Below are positions 9,801 through 16,728 of a stretch of DNA of 20,000 nucleotides, one piece after another; positions within the stretch are counted from its first letter, which is position 1, and each line of letters opens with the position of its first letter. The translations under genes and the position numbers were made by a program. The notes beneath the pieces are model-generated. The model saw only the letters and a list, made by a program, of their open reading frames with translations. It was not told where the DNA came from and made no database searches. The stretch lies in the IMG/VR virus record IMGVR_UViG_3300037322_000284. One strand, 5' to 3'. This DNA comes from an uncultured virus (IMG/VR IMGVR_UViG_3300037322_000284) (taxonomy: Duplodnaviria > Heunggongvirae > Uroviricota > Caudoviricetes).

Positions 9801-10463
9801 TGGATCATCACATACTAAATCTTCTTCGTATATATAACTTAATGCTCCTTTTGTTTCAATGTTTGTTACATTTATATATCTTGGTGCGTTATTGTAGTCG
9901 TTAAAGTAAAGAGTTGTACCTAGTTTTTCTTGGTTTATTTCAATTTTTTTAATTGGAGAATTTATATTGAAATTAAGCCCTTCTAAGACACTTAAACACT
10001 TATCATTAAACAACTCTACGTATTCTAAAGAGGGTACCTGTACAGCTTCTTCTAGTGGTTCTACTAAGGTTTTATAATTATCTTTACCGCAGTCATCACA
10101 AACTTGTGTTGTTTCAGTATTATTATAGTTTATATTGTAAGCATTATTATTATCTACATACCCCACACTTGAACGTTTATAATGGAGGCTGTTTATATCT
10201 TCTGTAGTGTTAGTTAAAAAGTAATAGGTTCTTTCTTTTAATAAGTCTGTTTTAAACCCTACAACCTTGTATAAATTATTACCTAATATTTTAAAATCTA
10301 CAGCAAAATGATTAGAAGGTTCTAAATTTAAATTGAATCCCTCCTGCTCAGAAGATGTGTTAACGTTTGAAGCTAGAGTGTATTGAACGTTTTTTAAATC
10401 TGATTGATTTTGGTCTCTCGACATCCCTACCTTTACTGCCGATATCTCTTTCTTTTGTTTCAT
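3870..10463 (-). CDS. Large tail stabilisation / muzzle-like protein with C-terminal Cys repeats, two PKD-like Ig domains and DUF1566 (Lcl-C, C-type-lectin-like) domain
   Basis: 2197 aa. Starts with a GMSRD motif; beta-rich (YFNDYNNAPRYIN, GTYEFYAAY, YWESTEEYP, PIRHYKLPD, GYEILRGD, FLVESEINCNFR, TPYGHIWVDAKRGKIF, RVFITKKDY). Follows IHF-like and tubular genes as in crAss-like tail modules. C-terminus GGKIIYVDSSGCHGLI...DWYLPSKDEL...YWTSS...AW...VRAIRKF is DUF1566-like. Confidence 0.8.
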   Translation of the reverse strand: MKQKKEISAVKVGMSRDQNQSDLKNVQYTLASNVNTSSEQEGFNLNLEPSNHFAVDFKILGNNLYKVVGFKTDLLKERTYYFLTNTTEDINSLHYKRSSVGYVDNNNAYNINYNNTETTQVCDDCGKDNYKTLVEPLEEAVQVPSLEYVELFNDKCLSVLEGLNFNINSPIKKIEINQEKLGTTLYFNDYNNAPRYINVTNIETKGALSYIYEEDLVCDDPTYSTCINVDKLLIFPKHNRISIEAKEQQLGGNLKMGTYEFYAAYCDIVGNEMTQYCSPTNPISIFDENNNIQAQTTTDDFTNFAIKLKVNDLDVRGFKYYKVVVVERNNVSNTQSVFLAGIYPTTDDTIIYTSSGSNNDDLYVSRGNVSIKKRMDFATLNAIKPTWKKAKGTMVSGDTLWHYGIEAEEEINLQPVVNLIGGLVHWASSASSENLYKSSIATSKYKGYPRGEVQALAIRLTYTNGGYSANFPLVARPHVGDEKSVLTSDTNLNSLRSSNSSCSTVDRSQKWQVYNTATVFEQQCSNITEGATIIESEISKECIIENVATILQNSVVLSSDIEFYTLIDHINDNYDIVTDINSSDYIPEIAPFLTANYSQTCLPSFIGDCSNPILIESINKIAEVKAEIVEKILKQDSEYLPSVPPSITNIFRRNTTDANFIEDDLFMNNYMDCQGSSRRKVYIRDSNFYNEICNYALSLPVQADPISNGEGVFLNVYGAISEIDLLQNNYNVHASAINANFKNKLHKGAQFFKAQKREDNKFVLEITKSSNCESLGEELNYSNSIRYTIYQSCANLTVLAGGIVDMSQGLIRTIDTTNYPNTFIIAIDAPLIVESIDENCGLTSSQKTVYKVIPTCGSFSIYSRELENAQIRVSWEEIKISKVITYEATCKSVIPQVNDCDPIPYKKGRTAYWESTEEYPDNKQLWDSSNIKIKPSDLNLLSVTDRLEFTAYYTNNNVVDVNNNYILKNADFRCQPIRHYKLPDNTVSPYIIDSLDFKDNADTIIFPLGFELDSKVVQTAINIAYTNGLITKKQRDNIQGYEILRGDNSVSKSIVASGIAFDYYKYTKEKEVFHFPNFPFNDLGRNKFCLDAPNGKPLEHPYNSNSNHLYSFLSPDIFLTKPTLPTEVSLQGFVFGSASTSFTDVDKHSEWTVLGDKARRTADRLGLAEATLEFLIKSTESAGSQFFLFGLANGANAGLIASGILAGLQLVSGAFKVGKYRYSWLLIFRDLGRIDNFASMQVGVGNYNKFLKVDQYSNDYLRTLASKKHLKEGEFNIVDENDGTTVKVNNWLREHSVFLSTGKDYPFNYGSYTDYKNYDNNKTSSTSSNFLSSEVNCSSDVKSDRDVASPYFTLKNYIPDQWGGIGSIKWLTTNYIFDIQENTECKVIYGGTSVISRFSWRRKTPIFRKNAIKIANKIPFMYSKYDNIGYPAYFCDYETGDDDGFKKFLGIPFPDIVSNTRFDCENGRRSMYFKPPSKFYLFVHGIVDFLVESEINCNFRYAKKEPADWFYPQHQDLSTWLQDTNVSIAEPNTFYYNNAYTLPVSNSPFKILDTTYDKDVWAKRTTQLNAIAWSQKDINENDLTNPWLVYKPLDWYEFKTANGGLIDLHNIESEQFIVRFEDKLMLHNAVDNIAERITPQNKDLGVGGMFLQRPTEFKSTDLGFMGTQNTDIVSTPYGHIWVDAKRGKIFKIDQNGKGLEIISEQVGNQPTNMKQWFREHLPMKILKQFPQVDTDNKYKGIGFNMWYDNREDRVFITKKDYIVKDTNCLEYDEEKGFYNSCGAYTTTCPTGYTYNSATQLCERLTVSPPICPSGYVYNDILKTCTLTAVSLAVCNCTADALATNAEICSGIQTSIPITSTGQNINFTWTVTQSGVTGATSGSGNSINQVLIGNGTATYTITPQEAVSGCIGTTRQVTATVKPIPNVIATPSSQSINSGEPTNILLTSNVIGATFSWTVVNSGTTGGLAGNGTTILQTLNGTGTTTYSVVASHNGCNSSPTFIAVSVASAVCNFTVGSLHAGGKIIYVDSSGCHGLIVGLSDVQLTNYSTNPGVPPEAHFTMFRPNQTSGQDITSDTLLSGDTNTTNIINKYAPSPHPYAAKAARDYNAGGFTDWYLPSKDELALVFSLRDTIGNFLQFDSDTRRSRYWTSSQSPAIGGQSAWACQFYDYNTLLAGTFLEFPKSEPGNNCKVRAIRKF
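4440..4950 (-). repeat. Two tandem PKD-like Ig domains within the 2197-aa protein
   Basis: SGIQTSIPITS..FTWTVTQSGVTGATSGSGNSINQVL..TATYTITP..GC and SGEPTNILLTS..FSWTVVNSGTTGGLAGNGTTILQTL..TTTYSVVA..GC align in register. Boundaries approximate. Confidence 0.75.
4985..5105 (-). repeat. Two CPxGYxYN-x5-C cysteine repeats
   Basis: CPTGYTYNSATQLC and CPSGYVYNDILKTC. Confidence 0.8.
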
Positions 10464-10465
10464 TT

Positions 10466-11329
10466 TTACTTAGGTAATGTGTATTTTTCTTGATTTTGGC
10501 GATTTTTTAAACGATATCTATCCTCCCAATTATTACTTAAACCTGACCAATTTGCTTCACTTTTAGCTAAAATTTCCAATTTTCTATCGTTTTGCATCCA
10601 AACAGATACAAACTGAGACAAACCTTGTGCATTTTTTGAATTTATAATTATGATTTCAGCAAGCTCGAGTTTTACGGTGTTTTTTATATATTTTACAATG
10701 TCACCTGTAGATATTATTGGAATCACTATTTCACCATCTTCGTCGCTTGGTAAGGAGTTATACTGTAGGTATATTTTACCCTCTTTAAAATTTGTATTTA
10801 AGGTTCTATTAGTTATAGATATTTTATTTGAATAACTATCTCTAATACTGGGGTGCATATTTAGACAGTTTGTGTCTAAGCTATCTTTTTTCATCCCTTT
10901 TACCAAACTTAACCATTCGTAGTCATAATACTTTTCTTGATACTCATTGTTAATAAATAATTTTTCCGTTACTATTTTTGTATCGCAATAATTTACTACG
11001 TAGTCTCTTTGGATACCGTCCCATTGTGCTGGGTTTGATATGTATTGCTTTTCAGATATTAATCTCTTGTCTTCGTTTTTTTTAGTCTGATACTTATCTT
11101 CCAATTTTAAGCCTACTATCATTGACTTAAATCCATGTGGTAGTACCGCTCTAGAGTTTTTAATATTAATTATAGTTTCTCTTTTATCGCATATGTTTTT
11201 ACCAAACTTTCTCAATTGGTCTATAACTATTGTTTTGATAGCTAATCTATCTATGTCATTGGTGTCAGCATAACTTGAAAGAGAGCTTTCTATTTCTGCG
11301 GTAAATTGTTCTAAAGTAATGAAATCCAT
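10466..11329 (-). CDS. Putative tail tubular / ring (adaptor) protein
   Basis: 287 aa immediately upstream of the stabilisation gene. Helical N-terminus plus TLNTNFKEGKIYLQYNSLPSDEDGEIVIP, a block typical of crAss-like tail tubular/ring proteins. TAATG overlap with the upstream gene. Confidence 0.65.
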   Translation of the reverse strand: MDFITLEQFTAEIESSLSSYADTNDIDRLAIKTIVIDQLRKFGKNICDKRETIINIKNSRAVLPHGFKSMIVGLKLEDKYQTKKNEDKRLISEKQYISNPAQWDGIQRDYVVNYCDTKIVTEKLFINNEYQEKYYDYEWLSLVKGMKKDSLDTNCLNMHPSIRDSYSNKISITNRTLNTNFKEGKIYLQYNSLPSDEDGEIVIPIISTGDIVKYIKNTVKLELAEIIIINSKNAQGLSQFVSVWMQNDRKLEILAKSEANWSGLSNNWEDRYRLKNRQNQEKYTLPK

Positions 11330-11745
11330 TATTTTTTTAGTTTTAACTTTCTGTGAAGTATTATTGCCCCCGACTTATCTTCTGATTTCTTATTCTCCAA
11401 TGCTTTATCACTGCGAGTATTTGTTGTTAAGTATAAATTTCTTAAATAACTATCCTCTAAATAAAATCTTAAAGCTTTTCTGTATTTTTTCTTTTTTGTG
11501 AATAAGTTTATGTTTTGAAAAACTTCTCCAAATGGGTGTTTATGAAAAACTCCTATACCTTTTAAATGCACCCCATGATCTGTTTCATTTAACATTTCTC
11601 CTATCTCAAAGCACATTCCATAAATCGCTTTTTCAAAATAATTATATTGGTCTATTACTTTGGAGGGCTTCCTTCTTGTTTTTCTATAAAAATCATAAAA
11701 TTCCCGCCCCATAAGATTTTCGCAGTATTGTAGTTTGCTTTTCAT
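11329..11745 (-). CDS. IHF/HU-like basic DNA-binding protein
   Basis: Lys/Arg-rich. IGEMLNETDHGVHLKGIGVF resembles the HU/IHF VxLxGFGxF signature. IHF-like genes precede tubular and stabilisation genes in crAss-like phages. Start moved from 11784 to ATG 11745, 1 nt after the upstream TAA (138 aa). Confidence 0.6.
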   Translation of the reverse strand: MKSKLQYCENLMGREFYDFYRKTRRKPSKVIDQYNYFEKAIYGMCFEIGEMLNETDHGVHLKGIGVFHKHPFGEVFQNINLFTKKKKYRKALRFYLEDSYLRNLYLTTNTRSDKALENKKSEDKSGAIILHRKLKLKK

Positions 11746-11746
11746 T

Positions 11747-12421
11747 TTACCTATTATCTTGTGAGTTAGGGTTTTGATCTTCATTTATTTGTTTAGTGAT
11801 ACCTAATCTTTGTAGTGTCATATCCTTAACGGCCTCAATTAACTTATCAGGGCAAATAAATTCATTTTCAAATTTATTCCTGCAAGTAACTTTTTCAAAA
11901 CAACCCGATGCTTCTTCTGCATCATCAACTTCTGCTGTTAAAACTGTTAAGTCTAAACTTAATATTTCGTAATCTGGTATGTATAGGTGATTATCAGTTC
12001 CTAAAAATACATAAACTTCATTTTTTAAATTGTGCTGTCTTTTTTTATTTCTACGGTATTGTATTTCATCCACTATTGTGAACCTAAAATCTCCGTCTAA
12101 AGAAACAATTTCTCTTATGCTAGACCCTAATCTTGAAAATATTAACTTAGGTAGGGGTTTTTTAGATTTCATTAAGATATCGCACCTTCTAAATTCTATT
12201 GAGGGGCATTTTTTAGCTTCTATTTTTGTGAATTCAAAACAAGGTATATTTGTAAATAAATTAGTCTCTAAAGATAAGCTTCTCTCTCCTAATTTCTGAG
12301 ATATTAAAAAACTTGCAGAATCTTTTAAAGATTTTAATATAAATCTTCTTGACATTCTGTCATCTTTATTATTTAACTTTAATATATTTGTAATTGAAGA
12401 TACTATTTCTTTATATGTCAT
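11747..12421 (-). CDS. Putative tail ring / structural protein
   Basis: MTYKEIVSSI...DDRMSRRFI...CDILMKSKKPLPKLI...DNHLYI...FICPDKLI pattern and position match crAss-like ring-type structural genes. Start placed at ATG 12421 (224 aa) because the track's TTG at 12469 lies inside the promoter -33 box. Confidence 0.6.
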   Translation of the reverse strand: MTYKEIVSSITNILKLNNKDDRMSRRFILKSLKDSASFLISQKLGERSLSLETNLFTNIPCFEFTKIEAKKCPSIEFRRCDILMKSKKPLPKLIFSRLGSSIREIVSLDGDFRFTIVDEIQYRRNKKRQHNLKNEVYVFLGTDNHLYIPDYEILSLDLTVLTAEVDDAEEASGCFEKVTCRNKFENEFICPDKLIEAVKDMTLQRLGITKQINEDQNPNSQDNR

Positions 12422-12438
12422 TTCATATGAGTTTAATG

Positions 12439-12470
12439 CAAAATTACTATTATTTTTTAGTTTAGACAAA
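12439..12470 (-). promoter_or_regulatory. Bacteroidota primary-sigma promoter (-33 TTTG / -7 TAnnTTTG)
   Basis: Minus strand TTTG (12470-12467), 20-nt spacer, TAATTTTG (12446-12439), ending 17 nt upstream of ATG 12421. Matches consensus and spacing. Confidence 0.8.
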
Positions 12471-12487
12471 TGTTTGAAAGTTGTTGT

Positions 12488-12538
12488 AAATAAAAAATGC
12501 AGAGAAACTTTTAATAGCTTTCCTGCACTTTTTATTTT
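12488..12538 (-). terminator. Intrinsic terminator
   Basis: Minus strand aaataaaaag-TGCAGGAAAGC-tattaaaa-GTTTCTCTGCA-TTTTTTATTT: imperfect stem followed by a U tract, with A/T flanks on both sides (possibly bidirectional). Confidence 0.7.
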
Positions 12539-12606
12539 AACTATTAACTTTTGCTAATGGTATTTTTACTATTTTAAATTTTATCATTTTGATTTATTAA
12601 TAATTT

Positions 12607-13143
12607 TTAAGTGCAAGCCGAACCCTCTGCATCCATTTCAATAGTAATAATATTAGTTGTTGACAAATTTACTGTAAAGTTTACTTGTCCACTTGTAATT
12701 TTACATTGTGTTGTTCCACCCACGGTTACTCTTATCGGAGTGTCGGTAGCATTATTTGTTTGAACAGTTATAATTGCTAATGTATCTGAATTATTAACAA
12801 AACCTTCACCACTTAGGCCTCCATATATAGGAAACACACCCGTATCTGTAAATATGTCAAAGCTATTGATTAAAACAGCATTTATTACATTAAATGTATT
12901 GTCACTGTTATAGTTTATCATATATATGTCTTGTCTATTACTTGCTGGCGGTGCTGGCAAAGGGCATAAAGTTAAGTTTTGCGTTGGTGCTATGTAGTCA
13001 GATTGTCCAGATATATTGTCTTTTCTAACTTCTGGTAGTCCACTAACAGAGCAAAGGATATTGTTGACATCTAATGGTCTGTCTGTTCCGTCATCAATTA
13101 CTTTTAAAAGTCTGCTAAATATTCTATTTCCTGTGTTTGCCAT
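12607..13143 (-). CDS. Hypothetical structural protein (fibre-associated)
   Basis: 178 aa. N-terminal MANTG...KDNISGQSDYIAPTQNLTLCP motif of a kind recurrent in Bacteroidota phage virion proteins, a Pro linker (PLPAPPA) and a beta-rich C-terminal domain. Confidence 0.55.
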   Translation of the reverse strand: MANTGNRIFSRLLKVIDDGTDRPLDVNNILCSVSGLPEVRKDNISGQSDYIAPTQNLTLCPLPAPPASNRQDIYMINYNSDNTFNVINAVLINSFDIFTDTGVFPIYGGLSGEGFVNNSDTLAIITVQTNNATDTPIRVTVGGTTQCKITSGQVNFTVNLSTTNIITIEMDAEGSACT

Positions 13144-13155
13144 TTTTGTTTTATA

Positions 13156-15297
13156 TTATTGTGTTACTAAAAATTGAGGGTATGGATTAGGTGTCGAGTC
13201 AAGAATTATTGTAGGTACATTTTGTTGTACATTTACTAACAATTTACTTCTTTCTGGGTTTGTTGCTAGAAAACTGTTTGCGTAAATAGCATAAGACTGT
13301 CCAAAATTATTAGAAGGTCTAGGTACTAAAACGTTTCCTTGTATTGTTGAATTCATTATATAATGAAAATTTGGATTAAACTCCATAGGAGCAAATACGT
13401 TGGATGAATCTAATAATGTGCATCCTTCTAAATTAGAATATACAGATTTAATAGTGTGCTCTGTAATGCTGTTTAGATGTATTAAGCTACTAAATAAGCT
13501 TATAGATGTGCTTATTATTACATTAGTTCCTGTAAAATTTTTAAATTCGCAGTTTGCTATGATAGGCCCATTCTGTCCTCCTAACTCTAAAGCAATTAAT
13601 CCTCCATCAAATATACAATCAACCCATGCGTTCATGTTATTGGCTCTAGTTCCAATCATGTAAATTCCTGTCTCACAGTTTATAAATCTGCAATTATACC
13701 ACATTGTCTTGTCTATATAGCTTGAAAAATCAATGTTGCTAGATGTCATTAGAGAGTCTTGAAACACTGCTTTTGTACAGTCTATAAAGCTTACACTTTC
13801 TAAAAAATTATTATCAAACCCTCTTGTTTCTTTAATTTGTATTCCATTAATTTGGTTTCTAAAAATTACAAACTTTATTTTTGTATAAGTTAAAAAACAA
13901 AATCCGTAATCTTCAGATATGTATAATCCTACGTTACCTCCTTGAAGTGTTAAATTTGATAATGTGAAATTTGAGTTTTCACCTCCTAATGTTGTAATTA
14001 ATGGAAAATTATCATTTAAACCGCATATTACGGTTTTGCCAGTTCCTTTTCCTACAATACCATGATTGCTATCTACAGGAAGAAATATTGTAGATGCTAT
14101 ATAAAAGATTCCTTCTGGTAGTTCTGCTATTTGGTTAATATTAATTAAATTTTGAATATAAGCAGTACTATCAGGTTTTCCAATTCTTTCTGTTGACCAA
14201 GCGTTTCCTAATGGGTTAGGTAATTCAAAATTAATAGGCATTGCCCATGGATTTCTTTGAGTACTAAGCAAAGAAGTGGTTAGTGCATCATCTACTATAG
14301 GCTCTGTAATTATTTGATCATTATAGGTTATTAAATTATTATCTTGTAAGTTTCCATATAAACTAAATCCTGTAGGAACACCAGCTTCTCTCACAAATTC
14401 ACCGCCATCGTCACCACCTGTATTTATTGCTAAAATATTTGTTTTTGCAGAAACTTTACTTTTTGGAGTATTATTATAATGTACAAAACAATGAAGATTA
14501 TCCGCATCAATATCAGCCATTGGTGTTCTAATTGCTGAATAGCTATTACCTCCTCCAGTTGACGATATAGTCATTTTACCCATATTTCTAGCATAAAGTA
14601 ATGCTCTTTCACTTAATCCATTAAGATTCCATCCTTCACCATCTATGCCTACAAAAGTGGAAGATTCTAATGTATCTAATTCAGTGCTATCTCCATGTGG
14701 TGTTAAAAAATTACTATGTAAATGTGTATTGCCGTAACTAGGAGTAATATTGTTACCTTTCATTACCAGCATACTTTCTGATACTTGTGCCTGGTGCTTG
14801 ATTATTTTATTATTCCTCATAAATCCAGAAACAGAGCAATCAATATTTACAACTCCTTGATAATCAATTAATGTGTTATTTTCAAATCTTACATTTGTAC
14901 CTCTGACAGTACCATAAATAATAGATTTAATTGTACAATTTGAAACTATATTTGAAGAGTTAATTAATATTTCTCCCCCTAAACCCATTGGTTGAATATT
15001 AAATATAGAAATATTACTACCATTAATTATTAAATTAGAAACTCTAGTGGTACTGGGGTGTCCAAATAGTTTATTACCGTTGTTTAAAGTTATTGTTACA
15101 TCTGGAATATTATAATTTCCTTTTCCTAATCTAACAGAACTATAAGTATTAATAAGTTGTTGTAAATTATTCTTTTCACTTATAGGTACATAGTAAGCAC
15201 TGAAATACTCTATCTCTTCTGCTTGATTAGCTGCAAGATTTGTAGTCGGAATATTTTGGAAACTTTTTCTCTTTTGTTGATTTAAAATTGCTATCAT
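13156..15297 (-). CDS. Pectate-lyase-like right-handed beta-helix protein (putative tailspike / polysaccharide depolymerase)
   Basis: 713 aa. Two beta-helix cap motifs (NLQQLINTYSSVRLGKGNY; DSTAYIQNLININQIAELPEGIFYI...GIVGKGTGKTVI) and N/I/C-rich ladders (LSNLTLQGG, NCRFINC, DCIFDG, NCEFKN). Confidence 0.75.
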   Translation of the reverse strand: MIAILNQQKRKSFQNIPTTNLAANQAEEIEYFSAYYVPISEKNNLQQLINTYSSVRLGKGNYNIPDVTITLNNGNKLFGHPSTTRVSNLIINGSNISIFNIQPMGLGGEILINSSNIVSNCTIKSIIYGTVRGTNVRFENNTLIDYQGVVNIDCSVSGFMRNNKIIKHQAQVSESMLVMKGNNITPSYGNTHLHSNFLTPHGDSTELDTLESSTFVGIDGEGWNLNGLSERALLYARNMGKMTISSTGGGNSYSAIRTPMADIDADNLHCFVHYNNTPKSKVSAKTNILAINTGGDDGGEFVREAGVPTGFSLYGNLQDNNLITYNDQIITEPIVDDALTTSLLSTQRNPWAMPINFELPNPLGNAWSTERIGKPDSTAYIQNLININQIAELPEGIFYIASTIFLPVDSNHGIVGKGTGKTVICGLNDNFPLITTLGGENSNFTLSNLTLQGGNVGLYISEDYGFCFLTYTKIKFVIFRNQINGIQIKETRGFDNNFLESVSFIDCTKAVFQDSLMTSSNIDFSSYIDKTMWYNCRFINCETGIYMIGTRANNMNAWVDCIFDGGLIALELGGQNGPIIANCEFKNFTGTNVIISTSISLFSSLIHLNSITEHTIKSVYSNLEGCTLLDSSNVFAPMEFNPNFHYIMNSTIQGNVLVPRPSNNFGQSYAIYANSFLATNPERSKLLVNVQQNVPTIILDSTPNPYPQFLVTQ

Positions 15298-16421
15298 TAG
15301 GCTAAAGTTGTTATTAATACTCCTGAGTCATCTACTCTTGTAATATAACTTGTGCCATTTGGAGATTTCAAGGTTATGCCTCCATTAGCTCTAAAATTTA
15401 TAAGTTCTCCTGATAAATAAACATCATTACTAGATGTAACATTAGTATCAGATCTAATATTAGAAACCCTTAATTCAGAATTTTGATTTAAAAAAATACT
15501 TGATTCAGTACCGTATGCTCCAAAAATTCTTATTGATCCATTAGGTAATATAACAAAAGCTCTATTAAAAATACCCCAATTACCATTTTCAGCAATTTCA
15601 TTAGTTGTTAAATTAATTGTCATCGAAGTCAGACTAGCTACTGCTGTAATTATATAGTGATTGCCGTTTATTGTAAATCTAGAATTTATAAATTCTGGAA
15701 TAAATAGCGTATCGATTCCAGTAACAATATTACCCGAAACACTAACACTTCCTCTATTTTCAAAAAATGTCGAATGATAAAGTATAGTTCCTTGGGAGTT
15801 GGCTTTGTCTGTTTCTACAGGGGCGGGAGAAGAATTAGTATTTATATTTTCAGGCATCCAAACTACTCCAGATCCAGTATTTATAAATGAAAAAACAATA
15901 GTTTCAGTACTTCCTACTATTATAATATTAAGTAAACCACTTAACTCAATAGTTCTTCCAATACAATTGCTTAATTCTAATATTCCTGAGTCTCCATTAA
16001 CAGTTCCTGAAATTGTATATGTAAGATTGCCAGCTAATGTTATTTTAGCGTTTGGGATTAAATCATTATATGTTCTAGTAATTGTAGCAGCGTATGTAAT
16101 TTGATCAAAAGAGGTGTCTGCTAAATTTACATTGGGAATCGCAGCAATCTTAGAATTTACTTGCAAACTTGTATCGTAAGCAGATAAGTTCGTTGGTGGG
16201 ATAGAGGCAATCTTAGCGTTAACTTGTGTTGATGTATCGTAAGGTGCTAAATTGACAAGAGGGATAGTCGCTATTTGTTGATTGATATATCCGTTTACAG
16301 AAGTCAAATTTGAATTAATCAGATTATTAATATCTGTTAAAACATCGGAAACTCTTTCTTTTGTGTTAGCTCCCGCAATACTTTCATTTTGTATTACTTG
16401 TATTTTATTTATTATACTCAT
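15297..16421 (-). CDS. Tail fibre-like protein
   Basis: 374 aa. N-terminal IQNESIAGANTKERVSDVL anchor-type motif, 21-aa repeats, GSVSVSGNIVTGIDTLF beta segment and C-terminal ITLKSPNGTSYITRVDDSGVL motif, all typical of phage fibres. Confidence 0.65.
   Translation of the reverse strand: MSIINKIQVIQNESIAGANTKERVSDVLTDINNLINSNLTSVNGYINQQIATIPLVNLAPYDTSTQVNAKIASIPPTNLSAYDTSLQVNSKIAAIPNVNLADTSFDQITYAATITRTYNDLIPNAKITLAGNLTYTISGTVNGDSGILELSNCIGRTIELSGLLNIIIVGSTETIVFSFINTGSGVVWMPENINTNSSPAPVETDKANSQGTILYHSTFFENRGSVSVSGNIVTGIDTLFIPEFINSRFTINGNHYIITAVASLTSMTINLTTNEIAENGNWGIFNRAFVILPNGSIRIFGAYGTESSIFLNQNSELRVSNIRSDTNVTSSNDVYLSGELINFRANGGITLKSPNGTSYITRVDDSGVLITTLA
16113..16274 (-). repeat. About 2.5 tandem 63-nt / 21-aa repeats
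   Basis: IATIPLVNLAPYDTSTQVNAK / IASIPPTNLSAYDTSLQVNSK / IAAIPNVNLADT. Confidence 0.85.
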
Positions 16422-16528
16422 TTTATATAATTTTATTTATTTAAATGTTAAGTTGAAAAGTAGGATAAATATTTTGCTTTGGGAGCTTTGTTCTTGTTTT
16501 TATACTAAAAGTAAAAATTTAAATGTGG

Positions 16529-16723
16529 TTAACCAAAAGATTGATCGAAAGAGTTGTCAAAAGAGCTACTAGGTTCATCGGTTTCACAATAAGGCTCGAT
16601 TCCTATCCATTTTACTGCTTGAATTGTTGTTTGTTCGCAATAAGGCTCTATACCAATCCATTTTACGGGGTTGTTAATTTCTACATAATCAGTTCTAAGT
16701 ATGTTTGCTATAAAACTATTCAT
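16529..16723 (-). CDS. 64-aa protein with duplicated VKWIGIEPYCE motif and C-terminal FDxSFDxSF motif
   Basis: Starts 5 nt after the upstream TAA. The two repeat copies differ only at synonymous sites. Confidence 0.75.
   Translation of the reverse strand: MNSFIANILRTDYVEINNPVKWIGIEPYCEQTTIQAVKWIGIEPYCETDEPSSSFDNSFDQSFG
16583..16666. repeat. 33-nt imperfect direct repeat, period 51 nt
   Basis: 16583-16615 ttcacaataaggctcgattcctatccattttac vs 16634-16666 ttcgcaataaggctctataccaatccattttac; 4 mismatches. Confidence 0.95.
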
Positions 16724-16728
16724 CTTTT

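Noticed and set aside
11746..12469. Track start sites 11784 and 12469 (and likewise 18869 and 19893)
   Set aside because: These longest-ORF starts overlap the upstream gene, promoter or micropeptide, or truncate an open frame. Better starts are 11745, 12421, 18830 and beyond the window edge.
16583..16666. Mini CRISPR array
   Set aside because: Only two copies with an 18-nt spacer, and the mismatches are synonymous codon changes, so this is a protein repeat.
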